A stretch of DNA of 64,000 bases from Octopus sinensis (Eukaryota), in assembly GCF_006345805.1 (NCBI RefSeq), contig NC_043019.1, positions 25,233,360 to 25,297,359 of the forward strand, given 5' to 3'. Positions 1-11,072 of the stretch are shown here, one piece after another; positions within the stretch are counted from its first letter, which is position 1; every line of letters starts with the position of its first letter. The position numbers were made by a program, and so were the translations under genes. The notes beneath the pieces are model-generated. The model saw only the letters and a list, made by a program, of their open reading frames with translations, was not told the origin of the DNA and made no database searches.

Positions 1-87
1 TTTTCTTATCAGATGGTGCCATTCAGAAAGTTCCATGGGCCATAGGTAAAACCATGGCCAGTTTTTCTACTCAATGAGTGTTAGAAA

Positions 88-447
88 TCATCATCATCAT
101 CATCGTTTAACGTCCGCTTTCCATGCTAGCATGGGTTGGACGATTTGACTGAGGGCTGGCGAACCAGATGGCTGCACCAGTCTCCAATCTTGATCTGGTA
201 GAATTTCTACAGCTGGATGTCCTTCCTAACGCCAACCACTCCGAGAGTGTAGTGGGTGCTTTTATGTGCCACCAGAATGGGGGGCCAGTCAGGCAGTACT
301 GGCAACGGCCACGCTCAAATGTTTTTACACATACCACTGGCACAAGTGCCAGTAAGGCGACGCTGGTAAAGATCACGCTCGAATGGTGCTTTTTACATGC
401 CACCGGCACAGAAGCCAGTTAACCACTCTGGCAACGATCACACTTGG
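88..447 (-). mobile_element. SINE family A copy (core AGGAAGGGCATCCAGC, (GAT)n tail, internal ~66-bp tandem modules)
   Basis: Reverse complement of the motif GTTGGCGTTAGGAAGGGCATCCAGCTGTAGAAA...CCCATGCTAGCATGGAAAGCGGACGTTAAACGATGATG, which recurs at least 12 times in the window (also ~15078, 18561, 34861, 45013, 55414, 56020, 58828, 61862). The core resembles the Meta/MESC-type SINE domain (from memory, unverified). Confidence 0.85.
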
Positions 448-449
448 AT

Positions 450-1133
450 GAAAGCAGTATTGACTTTTTGCTTCAGCTAGGAGACTTCTTTCCGCTAATC
501 TATCTTAAATAGAATATCTTTTGTCTTTAGACTTTCAGAATTCTTGAGAATTTCTTTTAATTGTATCAAAACATTTCACTGTCTGTCTCTTAAATCTTCA
601 GGTATTAGAAATTATTCCATGACTCTATCATTTGCAAATATTCCCATCAAATTCTTAATATTGCCAATCCAATCATCTTTGCTTATTTTGTTTGTTTTGT
701 CCGCTGCCACGTCAACTTCATTTCTTTCCAAACAATCGATGCTGTTTTCATTTAATTCTTCAAATTGCACAGTGTTTTCCACTCACCCTTTCTTTGACAC
801 TCCTCATCTCTTCATTGGTTTCTCTCTGTAAACTTTCTATTTCAACCAATGTCAGCCAATCTCTTCTGAGAATTATACATGCTTAGCTCATTAATTTATT
901 TTCTGTCAACTCACACGTATCTCTATTTTATCAGTTTCTGAACATTCCACTGCACCAACACCTCTGCCGCCTTCATTCTTCCTAACTTTCAAATAACATT
1001 CCATCAAAGCTCTATAATCCTTCTTAAGCCTTATCTTCAAGCATGACGACTGCACTGAGTGGGTACTGCTTGCTCTAGCGCAGCGCTGCACATTTGCCTG
1101 ATGCAACAGTTTTACATGTGGTTCCACTTCCAT
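450..1133 (-). mobile_element. Possible decayed non-LTR retrotransposon ORF relic (R4/Dong-like)
   Basis: The minus-strand ORF contains CYLKVRKNEGGRGVGAVEC, resembling the LY.PRK.GGRGL.SVEDC motif C-terminal to RT in R4-type elements. The rest is purine-rich, coding-like and has many stops. Confidence 0.3.
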
Positions 1134-1228
1134 TTACATCATTAATGCTGTCTGGTTTAATGTTTAATTCAGTGGCTCTCAACCAAGGTCTACTTGACCC
1201 TTCGGGGTCCAAATAAGATTTTATTGTG

Positions 1229-1452
1229 CTATATTTAAGAGATGAGGAATTATTTACATTATTTACATTTGATGGATATTTGTCCTCATCTTGTTTGTTG
1301 TTAACACAACGTTTCGGCTGATATACCCTCCAGCCTTCTTCAGGTGTCCTGGGGAAATTTCGAACCTGGGTTCTCATTCCTAAGGTATTTTTTGATGATG
1401 TTATTATTATTATCATTATTATTATTGGTCAGGTCACTGCCTGGAATCGAAC
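1229..1452 (-). mobile_element. Penelope-like non-autonomous element P1 with hammerhead and a B-box-like 5' segment
   Basis: A second copy lies at 16500-16774. Both share a 24-bp segment containing GTTCGATTCC, an (AAT)n run, the hammerhead region and the AT-rich 3' end. Confidence 0.7.
1303..1348 (-). ncRNA. Minimal type I hammerhead ribozyme
   Basis: GACAC-CUGAAGA-A-GGCUG(GAGGGUAUAU)CAGCC-GAAAC-GUU-GUGUU. Stem I is 5 bp, stem II is 5 bp, stem III is the palindrome ACGU, and the GUU triplet is present. Confidence 0.8.
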
Positions 1453-1655
1453 CCACGGGCATATGGTATAGTGGTTAAGAGCACAGCTTAGCATTTCTTC
1501 CAGCTTTTTTTACATTCTGAGTTCAAATTCTGCTGAGGTTAACTTTGCCTTTCATATTTTTTGGGGTTGATAAAATAAAGTAGAGCAGTGGGGTCAATGG
1601 AATGGATTTTCACTGCCACTAAAATTGCTCTTTGTTTCAAAATTAAAGACAATCA

Positions 1656-1688
<33 letters not shown>

Positions 1689-1905
1689 GTCATTTCACTG
1701 TTTTCATTCTATAAGAACACATGAGTGTGTGTGTGTGTGTGTGTTTGTGTAGTCTTTTCAAGTGTGTTTGGAATGTTATTTATATTAAATAATGTGTGGG
1801 TCACCTGAGAACTTTCATCAATGGCCATTGTTGAGCTACAGAAAACTGCTTGGGAATTCCATTAAATCTAAAGTCTGTTTGTCTCTGTGTGTATGTGTGT
1901 GATTG

Positions 1906-1936
<31 letters not shown>

Positions 1937-1960
1937 ATATCTATCTATCTATCTATCTTC

Positions 1961-1992
<32 letters not shown>

Positions 1993-2071
1993 GTAGATGT
2001 GTGAGAATTTGATATCAGTTTCCTGGTGTGTGTGAGTATGTAAATTAATATTTGCATTCTTTTGGAGTGTT

Positions 2072-2118
<47 letters not shown>

Positions 2119-2440
2119 CCAAGTTTAATTCACATGACACACACACACACACACACACAGCTTTGTTAAGTAATAGTTTATTGTTTCTGTTTGATGTTTT
2201 TGTTTTCACAACTTTTTGCTAAAGTCTCAATGTTACAAACACCAGAACAATTATTAATGGAAAAATTAGTGTTTAAATCACATTAACATCAAAGTTTAAT
2301 TTTGTATGTATAATGGTTTTATGATGTACGTATATATATGTAAAGGAATGTGTATAATACTTTATGATTTAGTTTTGTATTTATATATATTTCAAGAAAT
2401 GTGTGTAATGCTTTGATATATATATATGTACATACATGCA

Positions 2441-2610
2441 TGTATGGGCACAGGACATCACCAATGGTTCATGAAATACATAATCAAACAAGTTAAATAT
2501 GTAAACAATGAGAAAAAAAAAGGAAAACGGAACAAGTAAACAGAGAGAAAGGACCCTTCATTAGTGGTCGGCTGTCTATCTACTCCTGATTTCGAGCTTT
2601 CAACGACATA
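2441..2610 (-). mobile_element. Penelope-like terminal remnant P2 in a TA-rich site
   Basis: Same architecture as the elements at 6524 and 11340 (pyrimidine-rich arm, CTCGAAA and CTAATGAAGGG fragments). No complete ribozyme fold. Confidence 0.4.
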
Positions 2611-2670
2611 TATATGATAGAGAGACAAACACACGAAGGAATGTGCATAATATTTTTTATTATATATATA

Positions 2671-2726
<56 letters not shown>

Positions 2727-2727
2727 C

Positions 2728-3130
2728 TCTTTACTTTTACTCTTTTACTTGTTTCAGTCATTTGACTGTCGCCATGCTGGAGTGCTGCCTTTAGTCTAGC
2801 AAATCGACCCCAGAACTTATTCTTTGTAAGCCTAGTACTTATTCTATCGGTCTCTTTTGCCGAACCACTAAGTTACGGGGACCTAAACACACCAGCATCG
2901 GTTGTCAAGCAATGTTGGGGGAACAAACACAAACACACACACACACGTACATATATATATTTATATATATACATATATATGACGGGCTTCTTTCAGTTTC
3001 CATCTACCAAATCCAAGGCTTTGGTCGGCCCGAGGCTATAGAAGAAGACACTTGCCCAAGGTGCCACGCTGTGGGACTGAACCCGGAACCATGTGGTTCA
3101 TATGCATGCTACTTATCATACAGCCACTCA
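2728..3130 (-). mobile_element. SINE family C (CORE-like head, internal (TA)/(TG) tract, (GTAAAAGA)n tail)
   Basis: Reverse complement of the copies at 29379-29808 and 40682-41100. CTTGGGCAAGTGTCTT resembles the CORE domain. About 20 copies in the window. Confidence 0.85.
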
Positions 3131-3174
<44 letters not shown>

Positions 3175-3230
3175 TATCTTAGAAAGCCTTAGCAGTAATA
3201 AATTATTTAAAATGTAAGTTGTGGTCCCCT

Positions 3231-3540
3231 AGCAGGTGGCATGTAAAAAGCACCATCCGAACGTGGCCCATGCCAGTGTTGCCTTGACCGGCTCCCGTGC
3301 TGGTGGCACGTAAAAAGCACCATTCAATCATAGTCAATGCCAGCCCCCTCTGACCCCTGTGCTGGTGGCATGTAAAAAAAGCACCTACTACACTCCTGGA
3401 ATGGTTGGTATTAGGAAGGGCATCCAGCTGTAGAAACACTAGATCGGACTGGAGCTTGGTGCAGCCTCCTGGTTTCCCAGACCCCAGTCGAACCATCCAA
3501 CCCTTGCTAGCATGGGAAACAGACTTTAAACGATGATGAT
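3231..3540 (+). mobile_element. SINE family A copy with 3 tandem modules
   Basis: Three GGTGGCA(C/T)GTAAAAAGCACC units, then the family core and GATGAT tail. Confidence 0.85.
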
Positions 3541-4444
3541 GTAAGTACATTTCTTCTGTGACTTCTATATCAGGAAAAAAGAGGTTGGGGCAGATCTCAT
3601 GACGGACCATTTCATAATTTGTTGATTGCTCCTCAGAGAAAGCATGCAGCACTATCTTCTTCCTGAATAGACATCATAGTGTGTTCACCCACCATCTAAA
3701 GCATTAGTATTTAAGGTATCATCATAGTGGATAACTTAATTTGCATATATGTGTTTTTAATGATTTTTCATTAAGTAAGCAATGTGTATTTTGTACACAA
3801 CATGAATTTAGAAGTCCTGGAAAGTCTTTGCATGAAATTGGCAGAATTACTGTAGAAGTAGATAGAATGCTTCCACTGTTTACACTCTGAGTTCAAATCC
3901 TACCAGGTTGGACTTAGCCATTTCTCTTTTGTGGATTGGTAGGAAATTTGTGTAGGATGAGTTGTCAAGTGGCATCTACTTCAGTTTTGTGTTCTCTGTT
4001 CAAATTTTGTCCCTCGTTGGTGGTGGTGGTGGGGGGGAGATGGACCTAGGGTTGCTTTGGGTCCCAGCGAATATAGTGATGGGCTTGAGAAATCCTTAAG
4101 CAAGAGCTCAAATATTTCAACTGATCATTCCCCATGTCAGCATCCCAACTTTGTGCACTCAAAGAAGCAGAAGAATACACACCACCACCACCACCACACG
4201 TGTCTGTGGAGTACTCAGCCACTTGGCTGTCCCACTGATTGAACTGGAACCCTTGTTGCTGTCCCCAATGGAGAGCTACTTGGGTATATGGAGTATTTTT
4301 TCTTTGGTTGCTCCACCCATACATATCTGTCTGTTAGTCATTCCGTTCTTCTCCTCCCCTCTTCCTTCCCACCTCTCTTCTTCATTCCAAATTGCTTTAG
4401 TTCACACCTTCCCGGTAATCGTAGGTAGCTATCATATCAAGTCT

Positions 4445-4628
4445 AGGACATTTGCCCCTCATGCACAATAACTACCCCCAAGGACAATTACTCCTGAGGA
4501 CAACAGATAAGGATTTAAAAGTGAATATATTGGAGAGGAGGTAATTAACCAAGCGGTGGGGGGGGGGTAATTGACCTAGGGGATAGTTGTCATTGGGGGG
4601 AATTGTCCCTTGGGAGGTAATTGTTCTG
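4445..4628. mobile_element. Degenerate palindromic MITE with subterminal GGACAATTACCCCC-type repeats
   Basis: The left side has GGACATTTGCCCC and GGACAATTACTCCT. The right side has the inverted versions GGAGGTAATTAACC, GGGGGTAATTGACC, GGGGAATTGTCC and GGAGGTAATTGTTC. Confidence 0.45.
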
Positions 4629-5251
4629 ATACAATCATATCATCTGTGAGTGTTTCCTGTAGTAGACTGGTGTCCTGTCCAGGTGGAAATCTATCTCCTA
4701 TTTTTAGTGCCATAGTTACACTGTTGCCAAGCACTGGTATATTGTGTGTGTGTGTGTCTGATGTTACATAATCACTGCATGATAGATGATACAGAAACGT
4801 TTGCTCCACCCCACTGCCCATCCACTTCCTCGTTTCTGGATAGATTGCGTTATGATTTACTCTGAGGCGAAGGGTGGGTCGAGGGGTGTTTTGGCTGTTG
4901 CTCTGAGGTGTTCCTTTGGCAATCTTCTGTATTTATAGTTCTGCTGGAATGAAACCAAAACAAGGTTAAAACAGAATAAAGGAGGGAGGCAGTTGGCTAC
5001 TTAACAACAACAACAACAAAAAGTGAAAATCTTTACCATCACATCACTATCACTACCAACTGATACCACCACCACCACCATCACCCCTGTCAGCACTAGT
5101 CTCCCCCCACCCCCTCCTCAGCAAACAACAACAAAGTGATTCCAATCAACTTCACTTCCTACCATGTCTTTATCAAGAGCCCTGTCTTAGTTGTCAGTGA
5201 GATCAGCTTGATTTTGCTTGATTCTCATTACTTATAAAAAAAAAAGGGCCA

Positions 5252-5287
<36 letters not shown>

Positions 5288-5733
5288 AAGGGAGCAGGTT
5301 TTAGAAAGCTTGTCAGTTCTAAGTATCCTAGCTGCACTGATCTGACACACCAAATGGAAGGAGAGGAAGAAAAAAAACCCCAGAAACAAAGTAAGAGAGT
5401 GAATCCTGTTTTGATTGCTGTTTTGGTAGCACAATGGAGTGTTCTAGAAATATTGATAAAATTTCATTAATCTGTGAGAAGCCAAATTGTGTAAAATCAA
5501 GGAGCATCAAGGGTCAGTGTAACTGTTCCCATCTCCCAATACTGAATGTAATGGTCACCACAACCCACTGCTCCCGTAATGGGGGTTTGGGTTATTAGCA
5601 AGGGCATTTAGTGATCTTTTCATTATTCTTTCAGCAAATAAAGTGAAGGTCATGCTTTGCTGATGAGTTCAGAATAATACTAAAACATATTCAAATGTTT
5701 CTTCTGTACTTGTTAAAACATTATTCATGATAT

Positions 5734-6255
5734 GAGTGGAACGTAAAAAGCGCCATATGAACGTGGCTGATGCTAGTACCTCCTGACTGTCTCCTGTGCC
5801 GGTGGCATGTAAAAAGCACCATCCAAACGTAGTCAATGCCAGATCCACCTGACTGGTTCCCATGCTGGTGGCATGTAAAAAGCACCAACCAAGCATGGCT
5901 GATGCCAGTACCCCCTGACTGCCTGACTGGCTCTTTGTGCTGGTGGCACATAAAAAACACCATCCGAATGTGGATGATGCCAGTAACCCCTGACTGGCCC
6001 CTGTGCTGGTAGCATGTAAAAAGCACCATCCAAATGTGGCCAATGCCAGGCCTGCTTGACTGGCTCCTGTACTGGTGGCATGTACAAAGCACCCACTACA
6101 CTCTCAGAGTGGGTGGCATCAGGAAGGGCATCCAGCTGTAGAAACATTGCCAGATCAGATTGGAGCCTGGGGCAGCCGCTGGCTCTCCAGACCTCAGTCA
6201 AATCATCCAACCCATGCCAGCATGGAAAACGGATAGTAAACGATGATGATGATGA
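5734..6255 (+). mobile_element. SINE family A copy with ~6 tandem modules
   Basis: Repeated GTGCTGGTGGCATGTAAAAAGCACC units precede the core and (GAT)n tail. Confidence 0.85.
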
Positions 6256-6479
6256 TTCAAGGTTGATAAAATAAGTGCCAGTTGAGTACAGAGATTGATG
6301 TAATCAACTTACTGCTTCCCGCCAAATTTATGACTTTGTGCCAAAATTTGAAAGCAATTATGGTAGCAAACTGGCAGAATCAAAAGAGAATTTTGTCCAT
6401 CTTTACATTGTGAGTTCAAATCCCACCGAGGTCAGCTTGGCCTTCTGTGACTATATATATATATATATATAAGGATATA

Positions 6480-6523
<44 letters not shown>

Positions 6524-6526
<3 letters not shown>

Positions 6527-6714
6527 GGAGAGTTCACGAAAAAAACAAAAGACAAAGACAGGTGGTATACAAAACAAACAGATGTATTAGTATAATGCTC
6601 AGGAATAGAAAAAATCTTTTACATTTCGAGCCCATGCTCTTCTACAGAAAGGGACACAGAAAAAAAACAAGGAGAGAAAAAATGTATGTAGTGGCTAATG
6701 ATCTATCATAGCGA

Positions 6715-6717
<3 letters not shown>
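6524..6717 (-). mobile_element. Penelope-like ~194-bp element P3 between two (TA)n tracts
   Basis: Same layout as 55604-55787, with a central hammerhead-like fold. (TA)n at 6451-6522 and 6718-6748. Confidence 0.65.
6616..6651 (-). ncRNA. Variant or decayed minimal hammerhead (U6, C15.2>U)
   Basis: CUUU-CUGUAGA-A-GAGC(AUGG)GCUC-GAAAU-GUA-AAAG. Stems I and II are intact; two core deviations. Confidence 0.55.
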
Positions 6718-6750
<33 letters not shown>

Positions 6751-6751
6751 G

Positions 6752-7043
6752 GAAAGTGCGAGGAATATTAATGTAGTATATGGAGATCAGACAGTAAGCA
6801 TAAGCCAGTGTCAATGGTGAGATGAGCCTCATCCCAGGAGATCTGTATAGCTTGACGAGGACATCCTGCAAACTCTGGTGGAACAAAATCCCATTGTAAC
6901 TGTTGAGAAACTAGCAGAAAAGCTTGGATTTGGTCATTCAACCATTCATCAATGCCTGCACACCATTGGAAAAGTCATAAAATTGGGTCAATGGGTTCCT
7001 CACAAACTTTCTGAGTCTAATCACACACAAAGAGTGAATGTGG
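6752..7043 (+). mobile_element. Mariner transposase N-terminal relic (two HTH regions plus WVPHEL motif)
   Basis: ESARNINVVYGDQTVSISQCQW, then after a deletion/frameshift LDEDILQTLVEQNPIVTVEKLAEKLGFGHSTIHQCLHTIGKVIKLGQWVPHKLSE. WVPHKL matches the mariner WVPHEL linker. Confidence 0.85.
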
Positions 7044-7558
7044 GAACACAACGTATTTATCCTAACAACCAGGGAATGCATTTCATTGTTATTTATTTTA
7101 TTGACCCTGGAAGGGTGAAAAGAAATGTCAGCTGTGGCATGAGTTTGAACTTGGAATGTGAAAGATTACAGCTTAAATTCCATGAGATAAGATATCTAAT
7201 CCAAAACGCTAAAGTTCTGGCTGGTTTAGCCCTTTAAATCTGAAACTGTTCACATAGTTTTTGGCAGCAGTCTCTTGGGAATACTTACTGTTGCCATTAA
7301 CATATAAACTCTGCATGTTTCACACAGTTTCATTGAACTGTTTAAGTACAAACTAATTTCTCTTAATCTTGTGTTTGTATACATATATGCATGAATGCAC
7401 AGACGCACACACACACACACACACATGCATGCATGCAAATGTGTTTTTGAATTCATTTTAGCTGTCGCAGCTAAAGCTATGCTAGAGTATTGCCTTAATA
7501 TATACAGCTGAGCTACAATACCAACTGATGTAGTTTTCATTCTTGAGTTCAGCAGTTT

Positions 7559-8045
7559 TGACTGGCTCCCATGCTGGTGGCATATAAAACACACCATTTG
7601 AACGTGGCCAATGCCAGTACCCACTGACTGGCTCCTGTGCTGGTGGCATGTAAAAAGCACCATTTGAACGTGGCCAATGCCAGTACGCCCTGACTGGCTC
7701 CCATGCTGGTGGAATATAAAACACACCATTTGAATGTGGCCAATGCCAGTACCCCCTGATTGGCTCCTGTGCTGGTGGCATGTAAAAAACACCATTTGAA
7801 CGTGGCCAATGCCAGTACCCCCCTGACTGGCTCCCGTGCTGGTGGCATGTAAAAAGCACTATTCGAACATGATCAATGCCAGACCTACCTGACTGACTCC
7901 TGTGCTGGTGGCACATAAAAGCACCCACTACACTCTTGGAGTGGTTGGCGTTAGGAAGGGCATCCAGCTGTAGAAACATTGACAGATCAGATTGAAGCCT
8001 GGTGGAGCTACTGGCTTTCCAGACCTCAGTCAAACCGTCCAACCC
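7559..8045 (+). mobile_element. SINE family A copy with six 66-bp modules, 3' end truncated
   Basis: Unit starts at 7571, 7637, 7703, 7769, 7836 and 7902. The sequence stops at CAACCCA, where the RTE-X fragment begins. Confidence 0.85.
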
Positions 8046-8250
8046 AGAGTAGTTTTTGCTGGCCACTGCTACCATGCTGAACAACAGACTGTAACACATG
8101 TTGCATTCTGGAGACTTCCACCCCTTAGTACAGGACGAAGATCATTCAACTACATTGATGTTATTGACCGGAAGACATACAACAGGATGGTGAGGATCTA
8201 CTGAAGGTAATGTGAGGCAACGATTCTTGGTGCAGTGCGATGAAATGCAT
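8046..8250 (+). mobile_element. RTE-X-like LINE ORF2 C-terminal relic
   Basis: RVVFAGHCYHAEQQTVTHVAFWRLPPLSTGRRSFNYIDVIDRKT resembles the RTE-X pattern LRFAGHC.R...E..S..LLW.P.HG.R.RGRP..TYID. Confidence 0.6.
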
Positions 8251-10017
8251 CTTGTTGGGGACACTTGAAGGAGAAGGAAACGAAAATGCTAAAAAAAAAA
8301 GCTTTCAGAGAGGCAGGGCTGTATGGTGAAGAAGTTTACTTCTCTAGCATGTAATTAATTGTAGGTTCAATTCTACTGCATGGCACTGGTAAAGCTCATC
8401 TACAGCTAGCATGTGATGTCAACACACATGCTTATGCAAGCACATGTATGTATATGTGTATATATATGTATGTATGTATATATGTATGTGTATATATATG
8501 TATATATGTATGTATATGAAAAAAGATCTGTTCTTTAACAATCTTTTATTTGCTATTTCTTATTGTGTTCTTATAATCCATTAAACCTGTTCATCCTTCA
8601 TTTCATAGCCTGAATAAATAAAAGCCCTAGATAAAAAAAAGAAAAGAAAAGCTAGGGTGCAGGGTGGAATAGAGATGACACACCCATGAATGGGGTGGGT
8701 GGTTATAGGAGGCAATAGAATAATAATAATGATAATAATAATAATAAGGGTGGATGATTTAAGGTATGTTTGTTCTGCTGTAGCCCTTCCCCCCCGTCTC
8801 TTTTTCTCAAAACATGATATTGAAAATTACATGATAAATAGAAAACCTGTTGTGATAAGTGCTCTGCTTCCAAGTACGACCACCACCACCGCCGCAAGCA
8901 TGACATACATTTGCGAAATAAAGCCCTATCTTTATATGTACATGCAAACACAGACACACACACACACATGCACACACACACACATGTAGATGCAAATACA
9001 CATACACATCTACGCATACACATACACTTCTATTGGTGAGACTATGAAAACAATTCTTTAATGATGCGCTCCTTTTAGGAGCTTGAAATATCTTTTGTAC
9101 GAAGCAATGAAAAATATATTGCCTGAGAAATTTAAATGGTTATTTCTCAGTTGGTCTATTTCCCTGTATTTATGTTGCTATGTAGATTTATTGAGATTTG
9201 TATAAAAAAAACAAACTTCTTAAGCATCAAAAAAGTCATAGAGGTTGTTTCAAGGTTGCAGTGGATTGGCGGGGTGGTGACCCCCCTTAGAAAGGGAAGT
9301 GGTACCTGGGAGTGTGCTAATTGGGCTCTACCTGGGGCTTGATCAACCCTGGTGGGGTTGTCTGAGTGAAGGTGATTGATCGTTGAAAGACCCCAAAAAC
9401 ATCTGAAATCTCCAGGTGACCATATCACTAATCATAAGTTGAGGTGCATCACGAGATGATGTATGAAAAAACTAAATTTTATCAACAGGCGTGGCTGAGT
9501 AATCAGAAGTTTGTTTCTCAACCACATGGTTCTAGGTTCAGTCCCACTGCATGGCACCTTGGGCAAGTGTCTTCTACTATAGCTTCAGGCCGACCAAAGC
9601 CTTGTGAGGAGATTTGGTAGACAGAAACGAAAAGAAGCCTGTCGTATATGTATATATGTGTGTGTGTTTGTTGCCCCACCATCACTTGACAACTGATGTT
9701 CGTGTGTTTATGTCCCTGTAACTTAGCAGTTTAGCAAAAAGAGACTGATAGAATAAGTGCTAGTTTACAGAGAATAAGTCCTAGGGTCGATTTGTTTGAT
9801 TAAAGGCGGTGCTCCAGCATGGCCGCAGTCAAATGACTGAAACAAATAAAAGAAAAAAGAATATATTTGGGAATGGTTGTTTCCTGTTGAGTCCCACCCA
9901 GAAGTTGCAGGCTTATGGCTGGTTGTACTGGCATCAGGTGGAAACTAATATATTTTTGAATGCACCCCTCTACTTAAGATCTGAATATGTCCCTTGTTAA
10001 CCCTTGTTAACAGATGA

Positions 10018-10431
10018 TGCAGTAACCAAACGCATACCCTCCATCAGACACCTACCATACTCTGAGCGCCTTGTTTCCCTGGGCATGGATTCACTGAAGC
10101 TCCGGCGTCTGGCGACGGACTTGGTAAACGCCCACAAAGTTATCAACCACCTCACCAACAACAACACTGAACACCTTTTTGATCTTCATGTGTCTAACAC
10201 ACGTGGACATGCCTACAAAGTCAGAAAACAACACAGCTCCCATGACTTTCGGAATCATTTTTTCACACTCAGAGTTGCTGAAGCATGGAACAAACTGCCT
10301 GCGTCAGTTGTTGGACTGCCATGACACTGCATCCTTTAAGGCCCTCATGCTTTCCGAAATCCGCCGAAACTACACCTGATTATACATACACTTTAGATGA
10401 GTTGTAGTGCACCTGAGCACTGTACACAATG

Positions 10432-10475
<44 letters not shown>
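10018..10475 (+). mobile_element. 5'-truncated CR1-type LINE (ORF2 C-terminus, 3'UTR, (ATT)n tail)
   Basis: KRIPSIRHLPYSERLVSLGMDSLKLRRLATDL...TRGHAYKV...RNHFFTLRVAEAWNKLPASVV is the canonical CR1 C-terminal pattern. One frameshift; (ATT)n at about 10436-10474. Confidence 0.9.
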
Positions 10476-10783
10476 GAGAGGTCACCGTTGTGATTAGAAT
10501 ATCGCAGGAAAGTATTACGAGGCACATTCTTCAAGCTGAGCCAACCAGTGGGAGACTTAGCAGTAGGCCAAGAATGAGACAGTTGGATAATTACCAAAGT
10601 CTCAGTTAGACATGCTTGTGAATCCAGAGGGAAAGTGTAATGATGGTTGCTTCTGATTGGATCTTGTGAACAAGTTACTTGAGGACTTTACTCCAATAAT
10701 TCTCCCAAGACTAGTGAGTGAAGACGGATGGATGGGTAGACGGATATCATTGAAATTGGTAGGCAAATATTTGGGGTGAAATA

Positions 10784-11000
10784 TTGGATTGGTGCATAAT
10801 TATTGCGGCTTTTTTTCAACAAATTTTATTCAACAAGAGCAATATAACAAAAACATCTGCCAAGCAAATGGGAAGCAGTAATTGAAGTAGATGGTGAATA
10901 TGCCCCGTGATAATCATTTAAAGATATTTTTGTTACATGATATTGTTTTTGTTGAATAAAACTTGTTAAAAAAAGCCGCAATAATTATACACCAATTCTA
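10784..11000 (+). mobile_element. Mariner MITE (217 bp) with ~50-bp TIRs and TA TSD
   Basis: TA|TTGGATTGGTGCATAATTATTGCGGC...GCCGCAATAATTATACACCAATTCTA|TA. An internal segment 10857-10910 encodes LPSKWEAVIEVDGEYAP*, a mariner C-terminus. Confidence 0.9.
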
Positions 11001-11072
11001 TATAAAACATGAAGCCTTAAAAAATGAATAAATAAATGAAAAAAGAAATAGACAATTTGTAGGTTCACCAGC

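Larger units (their letters stand above)
1170..1486. mobile_element. Possible hAT-like MITE interrupted by the hammerhead element
   Basis: Left end CAGTGGCTCTCAACC; imperfect right end GGTTAAGAGCACAG (expected GGTTGAGAGCCACTG). No TSD confirmed. Confidence 0.25.

Noticed and set aside
4860-4965. Minus-strand acceptor (TTTTGGTTTCATTCCAG) with short open frames
   Set aside because: Strong acceptor but ambiguous frame and donor, and no homology.
5734-6090. CRISPR-like array (conserved 27-bp repeat with ~40-bp intervening segments; also 7571-7930)
   Set aside because: The intervening segments are homologous to one another, the array is part of a dispersed SINE, and there are no cas genes; it is a tandem module.
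7250-8099. Long ORFs (181-205 aa) with repeated WHWP/FYMPP motifs
   Set aside because: They result from a 66-bp (multiple of 3) repeat inside SINE-A; similar ORFs at 5669-6210 have the same cause.
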